Shown: one piece after another, positions 39,542 to 51,779 of the stretch
Layout: each line of letters begins with the position of its first letter
Position numbering within the stretch: position 1 is the first letter of the stretch
Source of the DNA: Phaeosaccion multiseriatum
Taxonomy: Eukaryota > Protista > Ochrophyta, other classes
NCBI GenBank assembly: GCA_965112735.1
Contig: OZ218950.1
Location: forward strand, 930,001 to 994,000
DNA length: 64,000 bases
Direction of reading: 5' to 3'
Position numbers and translations under genes: made by a program
Notes under the pieces: generated by a model
Seen by the model: only the letters and a program-made list of their open reading frames with translations
Told to the model about the DNA's origin: nothing
The model's database searches: none

Positions 39542-41588
39542 GCAGCAAGAGGCGAAGTGCCGACATAGTCTAGACAGCATTTACAGCGAGTTCAGTCAGG
39601 GAGCGAGTGTCTGGCGGCCTGGCGACGTCGTTCCACCGTTGGCCCTGCCCTTCTCACAAGGAGGCGGTGGTGCAGCTTCCTGGGCTTGGGCTCCACAGGG
39701 AACCCAATACCTCCCCGGGGGGGCACATGCTGCTCAGCCTCAGCGGGAGGGGCAGGTGCTTCGAGCAGGGCGGCCGAGCGCGAAGCGAGAGCGGGGAGAG
39801 GAGGGAGATAGAGCACCTGGCGCGACTGTATCACCAACGTGTGGTGCGACTGCGCCGCAGGATGCGAATGTGTCTCGCCAGGAGAACGAGCAATATAGGA
39901 AGCGAGTCAAGGTTGAGCCGTCGCCGCAGCCGCCGCCGTCGGATGATGGGGAGGTGCAGCGGAAGGAGGGAGCTCATCCCCCCCTGTTCGTGAGCAATGG
40001 AGGTGGAGCCAATGGCCATAACAGCAGCGCTAGCTCCTCAAGTAGCAGCAGCCGCGGCAGCACCAGCGGTGTCGATGGTGGTACGGGTGTGGGTCCGTCG
40101 GTTCGAAGGGGCCCACAGCGAGCGGGGGCAGGGACAGTCTTCCTACCCCAGCGGCTTCCTGCTGCCAAGATCCTTGCCCCTTACATACAAGCACTGACGG
40201 CACAGGAGCACATTCGGGTGTCTCCTGACGTGGTTCGACTCGTAACGGTCGTCGCCAAAGAGTGAGTCCAGACCAGCAAGCACGAGGGGGCAGGGGACAG
40301 GGTATATATCGAAGAACTTCACAGGCATCGCTCTGTTTAGTTGAGGCCCTGCCATGGCGATGCGTTTCTTCCTCCCCGCCCTCGCCCCCTCTCTCCCCAC
40401 ATTTCCGAGATGTGGTGCCCTCAGTCACTCTACTGGATCTGATTGGACGCATCCCTTTGCTCACCTCTTTGGTCATGGTTCCTGCCTCCCCCCCCCCCCC
40501 CCCCCGTCGGCCCCTGTTCCGTTCCTTTCCCTGCTACACCCTTCTGTGTCTTAAGGTACGGCAAGCGACTCTTGATGGGATGCCTAAGCTGCGCGAAGGA
40601 GGGTGGTGGGGCAAGGAAACAACATGCCACGAATCATCCTGGCAGTAGCGGTGGAAATTCTTTAACGACAAAGAAGGAGGAAGCTCAAAGTGGTGGAGGA
40701 GCAGCCACAGCAGCCACAGCAGCAGCAGCAGGAGGAGGAGGAGGAAGAGGGGGAGGAGGAGGAGGAGGAGGAGGAGGAGGAGGAGGAGGAGGAGGGCAAG
40801 CAAAGTTAAATGGCGGCGTATCCAGCGTGACCACTCCATTGGGAGTGGGACGGCCCGGCGTGGTTGGGGCGGGTGTAGAGTCCGGGGCTTTGGTGAAAGC
40901 CGAGCAGACCGCCTCGACCGAGGCAGGAAGCGAGCCCGCCCTTCCTGCGGCAGGAACGACGACAGGAGCCGCGGAGAGCGACTCGGCGAGAAGGGGAGAG
41001 GCGGCAGGGACAGCAGCAGCAGCAGCAGCAGCATCAGTTGGTGGTCCGGCAGTGCCGACAGCATCAAATGCTACACCCAGTGCTGGTACACACGCGCCAC
41101 CACTGGTAGGAGGGGAAGAAGAAGAAGAAGAAGAAGGAGGAGGAGGAGGAGGAGGAGGAGGAGGAGCAGCAGCAGCAGCGGCAGGAGGAGGAGGAGGAGG
41201 AGGAGCAGCAGCAGGGGGAGGAGGAGGAGGAGAAGGAGAAGGAGGGGGGACAGGAGAAGCAGGAGGATTAGCAGTCTTGCCAACGGGAAGTGCCGACAAA
41301 GACAAGGCCGGACCGTCGAAGGAGGGCAGCACAGGCTCTCCAGACGTTGACATGGTCACAAGCAGCAGCATCAGCCCTGCCACCAGTGCCAATGACATCC
41401 GGATTACTGTACCACCAACTGCTGCAGTTCCGATGCTCACCAACGCCCCGCTGTACTGCGCCAACCGCACCCCGCTGCGCCCCTCCCACCTTCGTGCCGC
41501 TCTTGTGCGCCACAAGGGGCTGGCAGGCACTCAGAGGAGCGCTCTCTTGCAGTGGGAGAGGGCAGGAGCGGTACCTAACCTTCCTTAA
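38380..41588 (+). CDS. SAGA complex ADA1/TADA1 (SAGA-Tad1)-like transcriptional adaptor; exons approx. 38380-38910, 39198-40261, 40556-41588
   Basis: N-terminal domain KYWETLGGFLRGERGKEELDEAVREALG...KYHNDLIK|VLINNAH. Histone-fold LPAAKILAPYIQALTAQEHIRVSPDVVRLVTVVAKE|YGKRLLMGCL. C-terminal PLRPSHLRAAL. Poly-Q/G/A tracts. Confidence 0.75.
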
Positions 41589-41636
41589 GTAGGGGAGGAG
41601 CGGTACCTAACCTTCCTTGAGTAGGGGAGGAGCGGC
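41564..41636. repeat. 32-bp tandem duplication spanning the ADA1-like stop codon
   Basis: ggagcggtacctaaccttcctt(a/g)agtagggga x2 plus a partial third copy. Confidence 0.85.
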
Positions 41637-42567
41637 GGGGTGCCCCAGGTCAACAGCAGCGGCAGCTAAGGAGAGGGCCAAAGACTTGGAGGGATATTGA
41701 GCAGCACTTGCAGTAGCGGTGGCAGCACCAGCAGCAGCAGTAGCAGGAGGAAGAGGAGCAAGAGGAGAAGAGAGAGGAGGAGCGGTGAAGCTGACCGCAA
41801 CGGGCCAGTAGAAGAAGCGGCGAGGGAGGTGTACCGTCGGGGGCAGCTTGGTTCCCGTTACTACCACCATTAGCAGCAGTAGCGGTAGCAGTTGCTGCCA
41901 CACAAGCCGTGTCGGCGCACCAAGTCCGGGGCTCTATAGCCGCCACCGCGGAGCCCTCTTGGAGAGTGAAGGCGGTCCTTGTTGCGATGGCCGGCTGAGG
42001 ATGTCAGCGAAGGGAAGATGCGTCGAGGGAGGCAGCTCGTGATCAGCTCGCGACGTTGACATCGTTGTCGCACTTGGGCCCCATGGGGTGGGTCGAATGC
42101 ACTAGAGGCGACGCTTGCAACGACAAGCAAGGCCCTCTTGATGGGCTGCGCGAGGCACACGTTGCAGCTTAGCGACAGAGAGGAGAGGCGAGCAGGAAAG
42201 GGGATGAGCAAATGTCAGGTATCCCACGTAAAAAGTGGGCGACTGACTGACTAAGTGGGTGAGTGGGTGGGTGGGTGAGTGAGTGAGTGAGTGAGTGAAT
42301 GGGTGGGTGAGTAGGTGAGTGAGGTGTCTCCGACACGAGGTCTCGCTCGCGTGCTCGCTGCCACCCCCCCTGACTCGAGTAAAGCAAGAGCGAGGAAGAG
42401 AGCTGCCACCCCCCCTGACTCGAGTAAAGCAACAGCGAGCGAGAGCGACCACCGCTGCTCCACGAGAAGCGAAGCCAGGCAAGCACATGTGTACTCACAG
42501 GGCAGTGGTAGCAGCAGTAGTAGCAGCAGTAGCAGCAGCAGTAGCAGCAGCAGCAGCAGAAGCAGCA

Positions 42568-43386
42568 ATGGCAAGAGCAGCAGCGCCAGAGGGAAGGGCT
42601 GACTTAGCTCGGACTGGATTGACTCCTGCCGAACAGCGCCCGCCCGCCAACGCGCTGCGAGTCACCAGCCAGGCCCTCAAGGAGGAGCAGAGGAAGGAAG
42701 CTCTCTCTCTCAAGGAGGTAGGGGCCGAGTTACTCAGGCCTACGGGGCTTGCACCGCCGCCACTGAGCCTGAGGGGTGGGGTGAGGATTTCGGTGCAGGA
42801 TGAGGGGTCTATAGATCGGGTCCCTCATCTCAGCGTCACTCCAAAACCCCATTGTACACAGTGCAAGCATGAGGGGGCATATACAGAAAGTATCTAGTGA
42901 TTCTCTGTTAAGTTAATGAAGGCTTCCATACGATTGGAACTGTGTCTGGAACCTCCACAGGAGGCACACGCCTTTAAAGAAAGTATAGCAGGGCAAAGGG
43001 GGGGGGGGTTGACCAACGGGCCCAAGGGTTCGCTTAAGCCCTGGCCAACTTTGCTTTGCGTCTGGGGGAGTGGGTGTGTGAGTTTGTGCGTGCGTACGTA
43101 TGTGTGTGCGCAACGCAACGCCCAAAAAACAACCAACCAACCAACCAACCAACCAACCAAACCATGTTCTCTCGCATCTTGTCCTCAGTTGCTTGTGTCT
43201 CATAGTGAAGCCCGTGCTGCAGCTCGGACCAAGCTGCTGCGACAAGAGGGGATGCTTCTCTGTGGGGGTGCCTCCGAGACGTTCGCTCACAATAATACCG
43301 GCTTCAGCGCTCTGGCATTTGGGAATTGCCAGAGTATCACACACCCACGCGTACACACTTCGTCGGGGAGTGGAGAGGTCAAGTAG
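42568..43386 (+). CDS. Possible small spliced hypothetical protein
   Basis: ATG at 42568 (MARAAAPEGRADLARTG...LSLKE|gtag) and downstream acceptor-bounded open segments; no recognisable domain. Confidence 0.25.
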
Positions 43387-44037
43387 AGAGCATAAGCTGC
43401 TGCTGCTGCTGCTGCTGCTGCTGCTATATAGCTATTGCGACCGCTCTAGCTTCCTCTCCGAGGGAGGGGAGAGAGAGGGAGACAAGCAGAAGCGGCAGCA
43501 CTGAAGCGATGGAGTACGTTGGACGGGCGGGCTCAAAAAGTAGAGCCAGCACCTTTGAAGAGCAGTGCGTATGGCGTCTGCTGCACACACTATCATAAAA
43601 AGGTAACACCGTTCACTTTTGGGCTATCACCAATGCCCTGCTGGTTTCCGCCGACGAATAAACCTATTCCTCCCCTGACCGGCAAGGTCGCCAGGAGCAT
43701 GACTGAGGAGCCGACTAGACCTCTCGCGCCAGCCCACCACGCGCCGTCAAACCCGAGAGAGGCTTACCAAGCAGACTCCTTTGACTCCTTTACTCCGTTA
43801 CTCCCAGCCCTCTAAATACCTGACCCTCTGCTAACCCTACTATTTCACAGGCCTCCCCCCACCCCAACCGCCAACCACAGCCGACCCTCAGTCGCGAAGT
43901 CACTTGTGTCTACCGAGGGTAAGCAAAGACAGACTGAAGTCGGTGTGGAACCTCTCTTCGAGAAGGTTTGTAACGGTCTTCCAACGCGTCGAAGAGGGCC
44001 TTCAGCCTCAACTACTGGAAGAGCATCGCGCTTCACT

Positions 44038-45136
44038 TCACACACCTCTTGCTCCGTTTTCGTTGACATGCACCACTCCGCCCCGCGTCACACCGAGGGG
44101 GGTGATGCAGGAGTCGAACTGGTCGAAGCCGCAATACTTACAATGGGTGTTTGAGATACAGCCGAGGCCGTGGCAGGGAGCGCCGACGTTGATGCAGCTG
44201 TGCCCCGGGACAGCGCACCCCATCACTCCCTCGCAGGAGGAGTCCATTTCCGTCACCCGCAGTCCCCCTGGCCGCGTCATGCCGATGGGGGTGATGCAGG
44301 GGTCGAACTGGTCGAAGCCGCAGTACTTGCAAGTGGACAGTGGGATGCACCCGAGGCCGTGGCATGGAGCTCCAACGTCAACACACATCTGTCCCGGGGC
44401 ACTGCAGCCCGCCACTCCAGCGCAGGAGGAGGAGTCGCCTGCAAAAGGCGATGAGGAGAGCGACAAAAGTGAGCCCGCCGTGGGGATGGGTAGGGGGAGG
44501 CAGCAACAGCAAAGCGCGAGTACCAGAGATGCCACGGGAGACGTTACATCTGCCCATTCTGCAGAGTGTGCTCGCTTCCGGACGAAAGGTACAGCGTGGG
44601 TGAGAGGCGAGGGACACAACAACGTGGCTGGAGCGAGATGATGCACAGCCCCATTAGGAGGACCAAGGAAGGAAGGAAGGAAGGAAGGAAGGAAGGAAGG
44701 AAGGAAGGAAGGGCCAGAGGCCAGGGACGACGAGCGTGCAAGGCTGACGTACCCGGAACCGGAGTGTCGGGAGTGTCGGGCGTGTTGTCGTCGCCAGAGC
44801 AGGGAATGGATGAGTACTGCGCGAAGCCGCAGAACCTGCAATTGGTGTTTGAGATACAGCCGAGGCCATGGCAGGGAGCGCCGACGTTGATGCAGCTGTG
44901 CCCCGGGACAGCACACACCATCACTCCCTCGCAAGAGGAGTCCATTTCCGTCACCCGGAGTCCCCCTGGCCGCGTCATGCCGATGGGGGTGATGCAGGGG
45001 TCGAACTGGTCGAAGCCGCAGTACTTGCAAGTGGAAAGTGGGATGCACCCGAGGCCGTGGCATGGAGCTCCAACGTCAACACACATCTGTCCCGGGGCAC
45101 TGCAGCCCGCCACTCCAGCGCAGGAGGAGGAGTCGC
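44038..45136 (-). CDS. Two duplicated exons (44753-45136; 44038-44438) encoding four Cys-rich modules CxxPGxxCxxVGAPCHGLGCIxxxxCxxCGFxQxxxC
   Basis: Nearly identical ~300-bp exon copies, both starting at ttttgcag|GCGACTCC. The first is a 384-nt phase 1-1 exon. These may be the 3' part of the gene at 46079-47062. Confidence 0.75.
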
Positions 45137-46078
45137 CTGCAAAAGGAGAAAGAGGTGCGTTACGTTGGTGTGTGTGAGCCGCGCGCTCCTTGCAATGCCG
45201 TGAACCCTATATTACGGAGAGCGAAGGAATCGAATGCACAAGATGGGCGTGCTTCGCTTGCTGCCCTTCCTTCCTTCATTCCACTTATCCCCAAGAGCCC
45301 CCTGCAGATCAGCCAAGCCGCACGCCGTATAAAACCCGACCCGAGCGTGGCCAATACACACACCGTACGAATACACACCGTCTATGGCTTGCTCATCTCG
45401 TTAGTTTACGTAACGTTTCTTCATGGTCAAGCGTTTCATGCGAGTACACACCCGTAGTTGGCGGGACCGGGCCTGGAGGGGTGCGAACGGCCGCACCTTC
45501 GTTGATGAGGCGAAGCGTGGCATATATCTACTGGCGCCAGCGGTAAGGAGGGAGGAAAGCGAGGAGGGACCGAGGGACGGATGGGGTCGTCAATGTCATG
45601 ACAGGGGGCCGTGGAGATATCTCAATAGAAGAAGGAGTGAGCATAGTGAGGGCACGAGAAGAGAGCAAAGCCGACGGCACTTAGTCAGCCGTAGCCGCTT
45701 GGAGGGGAGCGAGTGAGTGAGCACTTGTCGTGTGTCTGTCGCTCACCGAGTTGGGGATGCATTCTCGAATACCACAGGAGCTGACCTCGCTCGACAACGT
45801 GAAGCCTGAGTGGGCAAGGCACGGGGACGGTCAGCAGAGGGTTCAGCGACATATATGATGAGGGATGAGATGGAGTTAGCGCAAGACCAGTCATGCGCGA
45901 GAACGATAAGCAAGGGCGGGCGTGTTGACGTCTGTTCGCTCTTAACGAGGTCAGCCCTCTACCCGCCATTGGAGGGTGGTGGAGGGTGGGTGCCTGTGCG
46001 ATTGCGTAGGCGTGTCACGTTTTTCGACCCACAGCCATCATCCGCTCCACTGTCACGACTTTCGCTCCTCGGCGGTAC

Positions 46079-47062
46079 CTGAATGGCAGACTTCGCACCC
46101 AACGCCGTCCACACAAAGCGCACACCCAACAGAGTCACAGGCGATGCAAGGATAAGTGTCGGCGCTGCTTGCGGTCCCGGGGTGGAAGTAGCCGGCCCTA
46201 CACGAAGGGCACAGGCCGTTCCAAGAGGGGTTGCATTGGCAGGAAATCTCGTCCGCAATGCCGCAGTCCAGGGGGCAAATGTTGCCCATACGAAGCCAGC
46301 GCGCAGATGGAGTGCCGTACTCGATGACCGCCACTCCATCCTCTTCAAGGGTCAGGTCCGTTAAGTCAGGTTCAAGGAGCGCGGCAAGCTCGTGCAGAAG
46401 CGCCTCGGCCAGCGAAGAGTCCGAGTCTCCGCGGACGATGAGAGACATCGTCATATTCACAGTCCCGGTGTTGTCAGCGGTGTTGGCTGCTGCCAAGGCG
46501 CCTGCGGCTGCTTGCACCACCTCCCACGCCTCGAGGGAAGCTTCAACAGTGGGTGTTCCCTCCGTCGCGTCGAGGAGTGTCGCCGTGACGGCTGTCCTCA
46601 GCACGAGAGACAGCGCCTCCCCCTTCATCGCGCTCGAGGAGGTGATGACCTTGGCTGACGCGCTGAACTTCACCTTCTCGTCTTGCGCTCGCCAAGTGGG
46701 GGCCACGCAGCAGTCCTGCTCCTCTCGATCGCCAAACTCCATCACGGCATCAGGGTAGAACGTGTTGAACACGGTGTCGCAGTTGTCCAGGCCGCACATC
46801 AGCGAGCCATGGCACTGGGGGAGGAGGAGCAGAACAAGCACATGAGAGTGAGCATACGAATCGAAGAGCGTCAGTGGGCTGGATTCAAGTGCATTACGGA
46901 GGGATTGATGTACCAGGAACCGTTCGTTGAGCTAGATTTCCTCACATCATCGTTCGTCACACAAGGGCCGTCTCCCTCAGTTATGCCACTGCCCAGCGCG
47001 GTAGCGAGACCAAGAAGAACAATCGCCACCGCCATCAGAGCTGTAGGCACTGCCATCCCCAT
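46079..47062 (-). CDS. Secreted Cys-rich protein, 5' exons (signal peptide, EGDGPC..DD|CHGSLMCGLDNC..DCC module, furin/EGF-like CxxC repeats)
   Basis: MGMAVPTALMAVAIVLLGLATALG signal peptide. GAT|gtgagg donor joins in frame to cag|TGCCAT. CPSCRAGYF...CIACDSVGCALCVDGVGCEVCHSG|gtacc. Confidence 0.7.
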
Positions 47063-47159
47063 GTTAGTTTCTGTTGCGATTTTTGTCGCATGGGTTTGAT
47101 TAACGCGGGCGCGGGCGAAAATTATACTTTGAAGAGCCGGTACAGCAGGTGGTGGTACA

Positions 47160-47400
47160 GTGAGTGAGTGGTGGGTGAGTGAATTTCAAGTGAAATGAGT
47201 GAGTGAATGAGTGTAGTGAGTGAATGAGTGAGTGAGTGAGTGGATGAGTGAGTGAGTGAGTGGATGAGTGAGTGGATGAGTGAGTGAGTGAGTGAGTGGA
47301 TGAGTGAGTGAGTGAGTGAGTGAGTAAGTGAGTGAGTGAGTGAGTGGGTGAGTGAGTGAGTGAGTGAGTGAGTGAGTGAGTGAGTGAGAGTGAGTGAGTA
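47160..47400. repeat. (GAGT)n microsatellite, intergenic
   Basis: Seen directly. Confidence 0.95.
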
Positions 47401-47925
47401 GACGTCGAGAATCACATTTAAGAGTGGAGTTGATTAAGAGGTGCCACTGCCCTGGCTCACACGCTAACAACTTAGCTAAGGTGCCAAGCAGGATTACGAG
47501 GCAGGAAAGAAACAAGCGTGTGGGATACGAGAGGCCTGTATAAGCCAGCCCTGACGCCGATCAGCCCAGACTACCAAAAACTCCGCCCCCCTCCCTCCTC
47601 CTTTCCCCTCTGCCTCACTCCCGCTCTCTCGTCGGGCACTCCCTCCAATCACTCCACGTCCCTCCATGCGCCCCCTCAGCCCCACATCCCCACGACTTCA
47701 CACAACCCCACTGACAACCCGCCACTCCCGGCCTGGCTGGCCCGCCCTCCTCCACACGGACTCTCGAGTCTCCCCCCTCATCTGCGGAGGCGCTCCGCCC
47801 CTCTTCGGTTTGCCATTCCTCCTGGCCCTCCAGCCCCCATCGCCCCGTCACGCTTCGTCCTCCCGCTCCTCCTCCCTCGTCCTACTAGGCTACTCCCGCT
47901 CCGCTTCCTCCTCTTCGTTCTTCTC

Positions 47926-50822
47926 CTACTCCTCCTCCTCCTCCTCCTCCTCCTCCTCCTCCTCCTCCTCCTCCTCCTTTTCCTCTTCCTCTTGATGTTG
48001 TGTGGAGACAATCCCGCGGCCCTCTGTGCTGTCGATGCCACCGCCCCTCTTCTTCCTGGCCGGGTATCTGGGGCAGGTTTGCATCATCTCTTCCAATCTG
48101 CCGGGCATCTGCTCTGCCTCTGCCCCCAGCTGCCTGGCAATGTGCGCGCGCAGGATCGTGTGCATTTGATGGTATCTCATGCAGCAGATCTCCGCTTCAA
48201 GCCTGAGGAAGTCCTCCCCGCCCGCCACTCTGTCAGCGACATCTAGGGCGGCCTCCCTCACCGTCTTGAGCATCTGAACCTCATCTCTCCAGCCCTCGAG
48301 CTGGGCACGCATCTGCAACTCCTCCTGTGGCTCGGTCGTGGGCGCCAGAGGGGAGGGAGTCTTGCGAGGGCGACCTCTCCCGCGCTTCTCCCCTCGCTGC
48401 TCTCCCCGAGGCACGGGGGCGGATGGGGTCTTGCGCGGGCGGCCCCTCCCGCGCTTCTGCAGTGGGGGCCCGTCTCCCTTGGAAGACGCTTTCTTCCTCT
48501 TGGGACCCCTCTGCGGCTGCTGTGGGGCCTCCCCCTCGTCGTCGGTGGAGGAAAGTGAGAAGCGTCTCTTGGTCTTCCCCTTGCCATCCTTCTTTGGGTT
48601 CTGAGTAGGTTGCGCCTTGGGCGAGGGTGAGCCCCCGGCGGTCGATGAGCCTGAGCTCGGGGTACTGGAGAGCCGTCGATGGTTTCTCAGGCTCGTCGCC
48701 TTCTCGAGCCTCCGCCCCCCAGAGTCCGCGCCACTCTCCTCCCCCTCCCCCTCCTCGTCCTCGTTCTCGTCCTCCTCGGCATCCTCGCCTCCCTCCTTGC
48801 TGGCCAGCACACCGGCGAGTGCTCCAGCCTTGGGCGAGGGTGAGCCCCCGGCGGTCGACGAGCCTGAGCTCGGGGTGCTGGAGAGAGAGAGCCGTCTATG
48901 GTTTCTCAGCGCCGCCGCCTTCTTGAGCCTCCGCCCCTCAGAGTCCGCAGCGCTCTTCTCCCGCTCCTCCTCCTCGTCCTCGGTCTCGTCCTCATCGGTT
49001 TCCTCCCCCTCCTTTGTCTGGGCCAGCACATTGGCGCATGCCTTCAAAGCGGCTTCGTTCTCCATGTTGCCGCCGCTCTCGTCGATCAGCACAATGCGTG
49101 CGCCCATGCCCAAACAAAGCCGGCGCACCTTGGCCAAGAGCCACACAAAGTCGAACTTGTTGAAGTCCTCCTCGATGTTTGCTGGGATGTCGAAGGTGGC
49201 GCCACAGATGACCAGGTTCGGCTCGAACCTCTCCAGCGCGGGGAGCACTTTGGTCTCGTAGATTTCCTTCCACTCTTCTCGTCCGCCTCCCAAGAGCAGG
49301 GGGTAGTGGTGGATGTTCTTGATGTAGAAGTGGTGAGGAGGGTATATGCGAAAAAAAGGAGTGGCACAGCAGTGTGGAACTTGAAGTGTCAGACACATGC
49401 ACGCGTTCCTTCCTGCGTCTCCTCGGTGGTGCTGCGGTTGGCTGAGCACGGAAGCCTACCGAGTAGTGAGACAGCACGCCATGAGCGAGCCGCCCCACCC
49501 CAGCCAACTGGCAGCTAGCTCTACAGGTACGCATGCACCTACGCATCCGGCCGCGTTAGGAGCGAACTCTACTGTGTGCTGCACCTCCTACCCTGCCTCG
49601 TACTCCCACCACTTCTCCTCACCTTCGTCGCGGCTTTGCGGCCAAGCTGAGTGTCAAACATCCCGTGGCACTGCGCTTCTCCCGCATGCACGGACACCAC
49701 CATCGCCCTGTCCCTGTTCTTGACGCTGTCCTTGCTCTTCAGCAGCATGTTCTGCATGCCTGCGGCGAAGCTGGCGCCGATGTTCACAACCGCGACCCGC
49801 TTCTTTGGGTTGCTCCGCAGGTAGTAGAGGGCGCCCAGAGCCGCGTTGTTGAAGAAGCAGTCCTTCACCGCCCTGGCGCTCTCCGCATGCTGCCCGCCTT
49901 GGCCGGTGAGACACACCGCGGACGCGAAGGTCTCGTTGCCCCCCTCCCTGCTGCTGGCGGGGCGGGAGGTCATTGTAGCCAGGGGCTTGGAGGTGATATC
50001 TCCAGCAGGGGCGCCTGTCCCTGTCACGGCATCGACGGCAAGCTTGACGGCTCCTGCTGCCCTGTAGATGCCTTCTTCGCTCCCGTGCCCGACCAGGGCC
50101 GTGCCAGCCGTGTCTACCCAAACCGGCCCGCCGTTTTCGTCTCGCTCGGCCTCCCTGGGCCACGAGGAGCGAGCAACACAGCGGTGTTTCGAGAGAGGCA
50201 GGCCAAAGAAGGAAGGATGTGGGGTTGGGGGAACCGTCAAGGGAAGGGAGCTTCGACGGCCCTCATGGGAAAGTGAGCTTGGAGAAATACGCACCAGACG
50301 GAGCAAGCTGGGTCTCTGAGCTAAACTTAAACGTATTCCCTACAGCTTCCCCAAAGCTTCCCCTATGCTTTATTTGAAATCGACCCACTCAGACGTCTGA
50401 GGCCCCGTCTTCTGTCAAGCGCGAGTGCAATCCCTCCGCTTCAAAAGTTTGCGAAGCGTGACGAGCCAGGAAGCCGAGATAGGCATTGTGCGAGAATGCT
50501 CACCTGCAGCGCTGCTGTACTTTCGTGACGTACGCCTCTGTGTGTCCTATCTCCAGAAAGTCCCTGTCGGCCCTGGGGGCAATGGTGTATCTCGAGTTGC
50601 CATTTCCCACCCTCTCGGCCGTGTTCGTGCTGCGGAGCGTTGGCGATTACAAGGCAATGGCGCCAGATTACGGGCGGGAGCGGGGGAGAGAAGGGGGGCA
50701 AACTGGAGATGGATGGCCAAAGAGAGAGTCAAGTGACGGGATCAATGCACCAACCTGTCCGACTGGGGGTGGTAGACGATCAGGACACGCGGCCCTGCAT
50801 CAGTCGCAAGAGGAGATGCCAT
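47926..50822 (-). CDS. Degenerate histone deacetylase-fold protein with two AT-hooks and acidic tracts
   Basis: HDAC-like segments in order: APRADRDFLEIGHTEAYV; IYRAAGAVKLAVDAV; GGQHA..DCFFNNAALGALYYL..KRVAVVNI; VVSVH; KVLPALERFEPNLVICGATFD; RIVLIDESGG. Then KRGRGRPRK x2 and a poly-E end. Confidence 0.75.
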
Positions 50823-51619
50823 AGTCTCAATCTCAGCGAGTAAATGGGGCGTGGCGGGAACAAGCGCAAAGAGGCGCTAAGAGTCTGTGTCCGAGACTAC
50901 CTGCGCCCTTCTCAGAAAGGAGAGGACGAAGCGAGAGGAGCACAACGACAGCCCAGGCTTCTGCGCTGTTTGTGTACCGCTGTGTGTGCGGCTGCTCTCT
51001 TTTGTTGGAGGGGGGAAAGCCGAGGATAAGGGCCGCTTTTTCAAAATTGTGAATGAATCCCGAGGGGGGGTGGCCCCCGCCTCAGGAGGCGCGAGGCAAA
51101 AAAAAGCAACATACAGTTGTATCAAGGAAAGAAGGAGGGGAGCAGTAGCCCGCAGCGCTCGCCACTGGGAAGGCCCTCCGCGTGTGGGATGATGTGCAGC
51201 TACAGCAGGCTGGGAGGAGTGGTCTCCAAGTTAGAAGGAGAAGGAGGGGAATGGCCAGCAATGATACTCGAGACTTGATGAAGACGAGGTGGGACGTGAG
51301 GTGTATTGAAGAAGAGGCTGCAGCGCGCAGAGTATGAGCCAACTGGGAGGGGGAGCATTGCGTGAGTAAGTAGAGGGGGTTGGCTTCATGCCCCTGCCCC
51401 AAGCGTGCTTCAGTCGAGTGTGTGGCTCTCGTCGGCGACGACCAAAGTGTCGGAGGTACCACCGGTGTAGACCAAGAGGCCAGAGAGAAGGGAGAGAGAG
51501 CCCAAGAGCAGTCAGCGATGTTTGCGCGCTTGCAAAAGTCTCAATCATTATTTTCATTGTACATCCAGCCTTTCCGCTTGCCCTCTTCGCGAAAATAGAT
51601 ACAGCTCCACGCCCCCCTC

Positions 51620-51730
51620 AACTCACTCCACTCCACTCGACTCCCCTCCACTCCACTCCACTCCGCTCCACTCCACTCCACTCCACTCCACTCCACTTCA
51701 CTCCACTCCACTCCACTTCACTCCACTCCA
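51620..51730. repeat. (CTCCA)n microsatellite
   Basis: Seen directly, 3' of PPDK. Confidence 0.9.
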
Positions 51731-51779
51731 TCCCCCCTCCCCACAGCCCCTGAGTCCCACCTTTCCCTCATCCCTCTCC

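Noticed and set aside
41607-42500. Minus-strand ORFs between ADA1-like and downstream genes
   Set aside because: Low-complexity sequence with no domain and no consistent exon chain.
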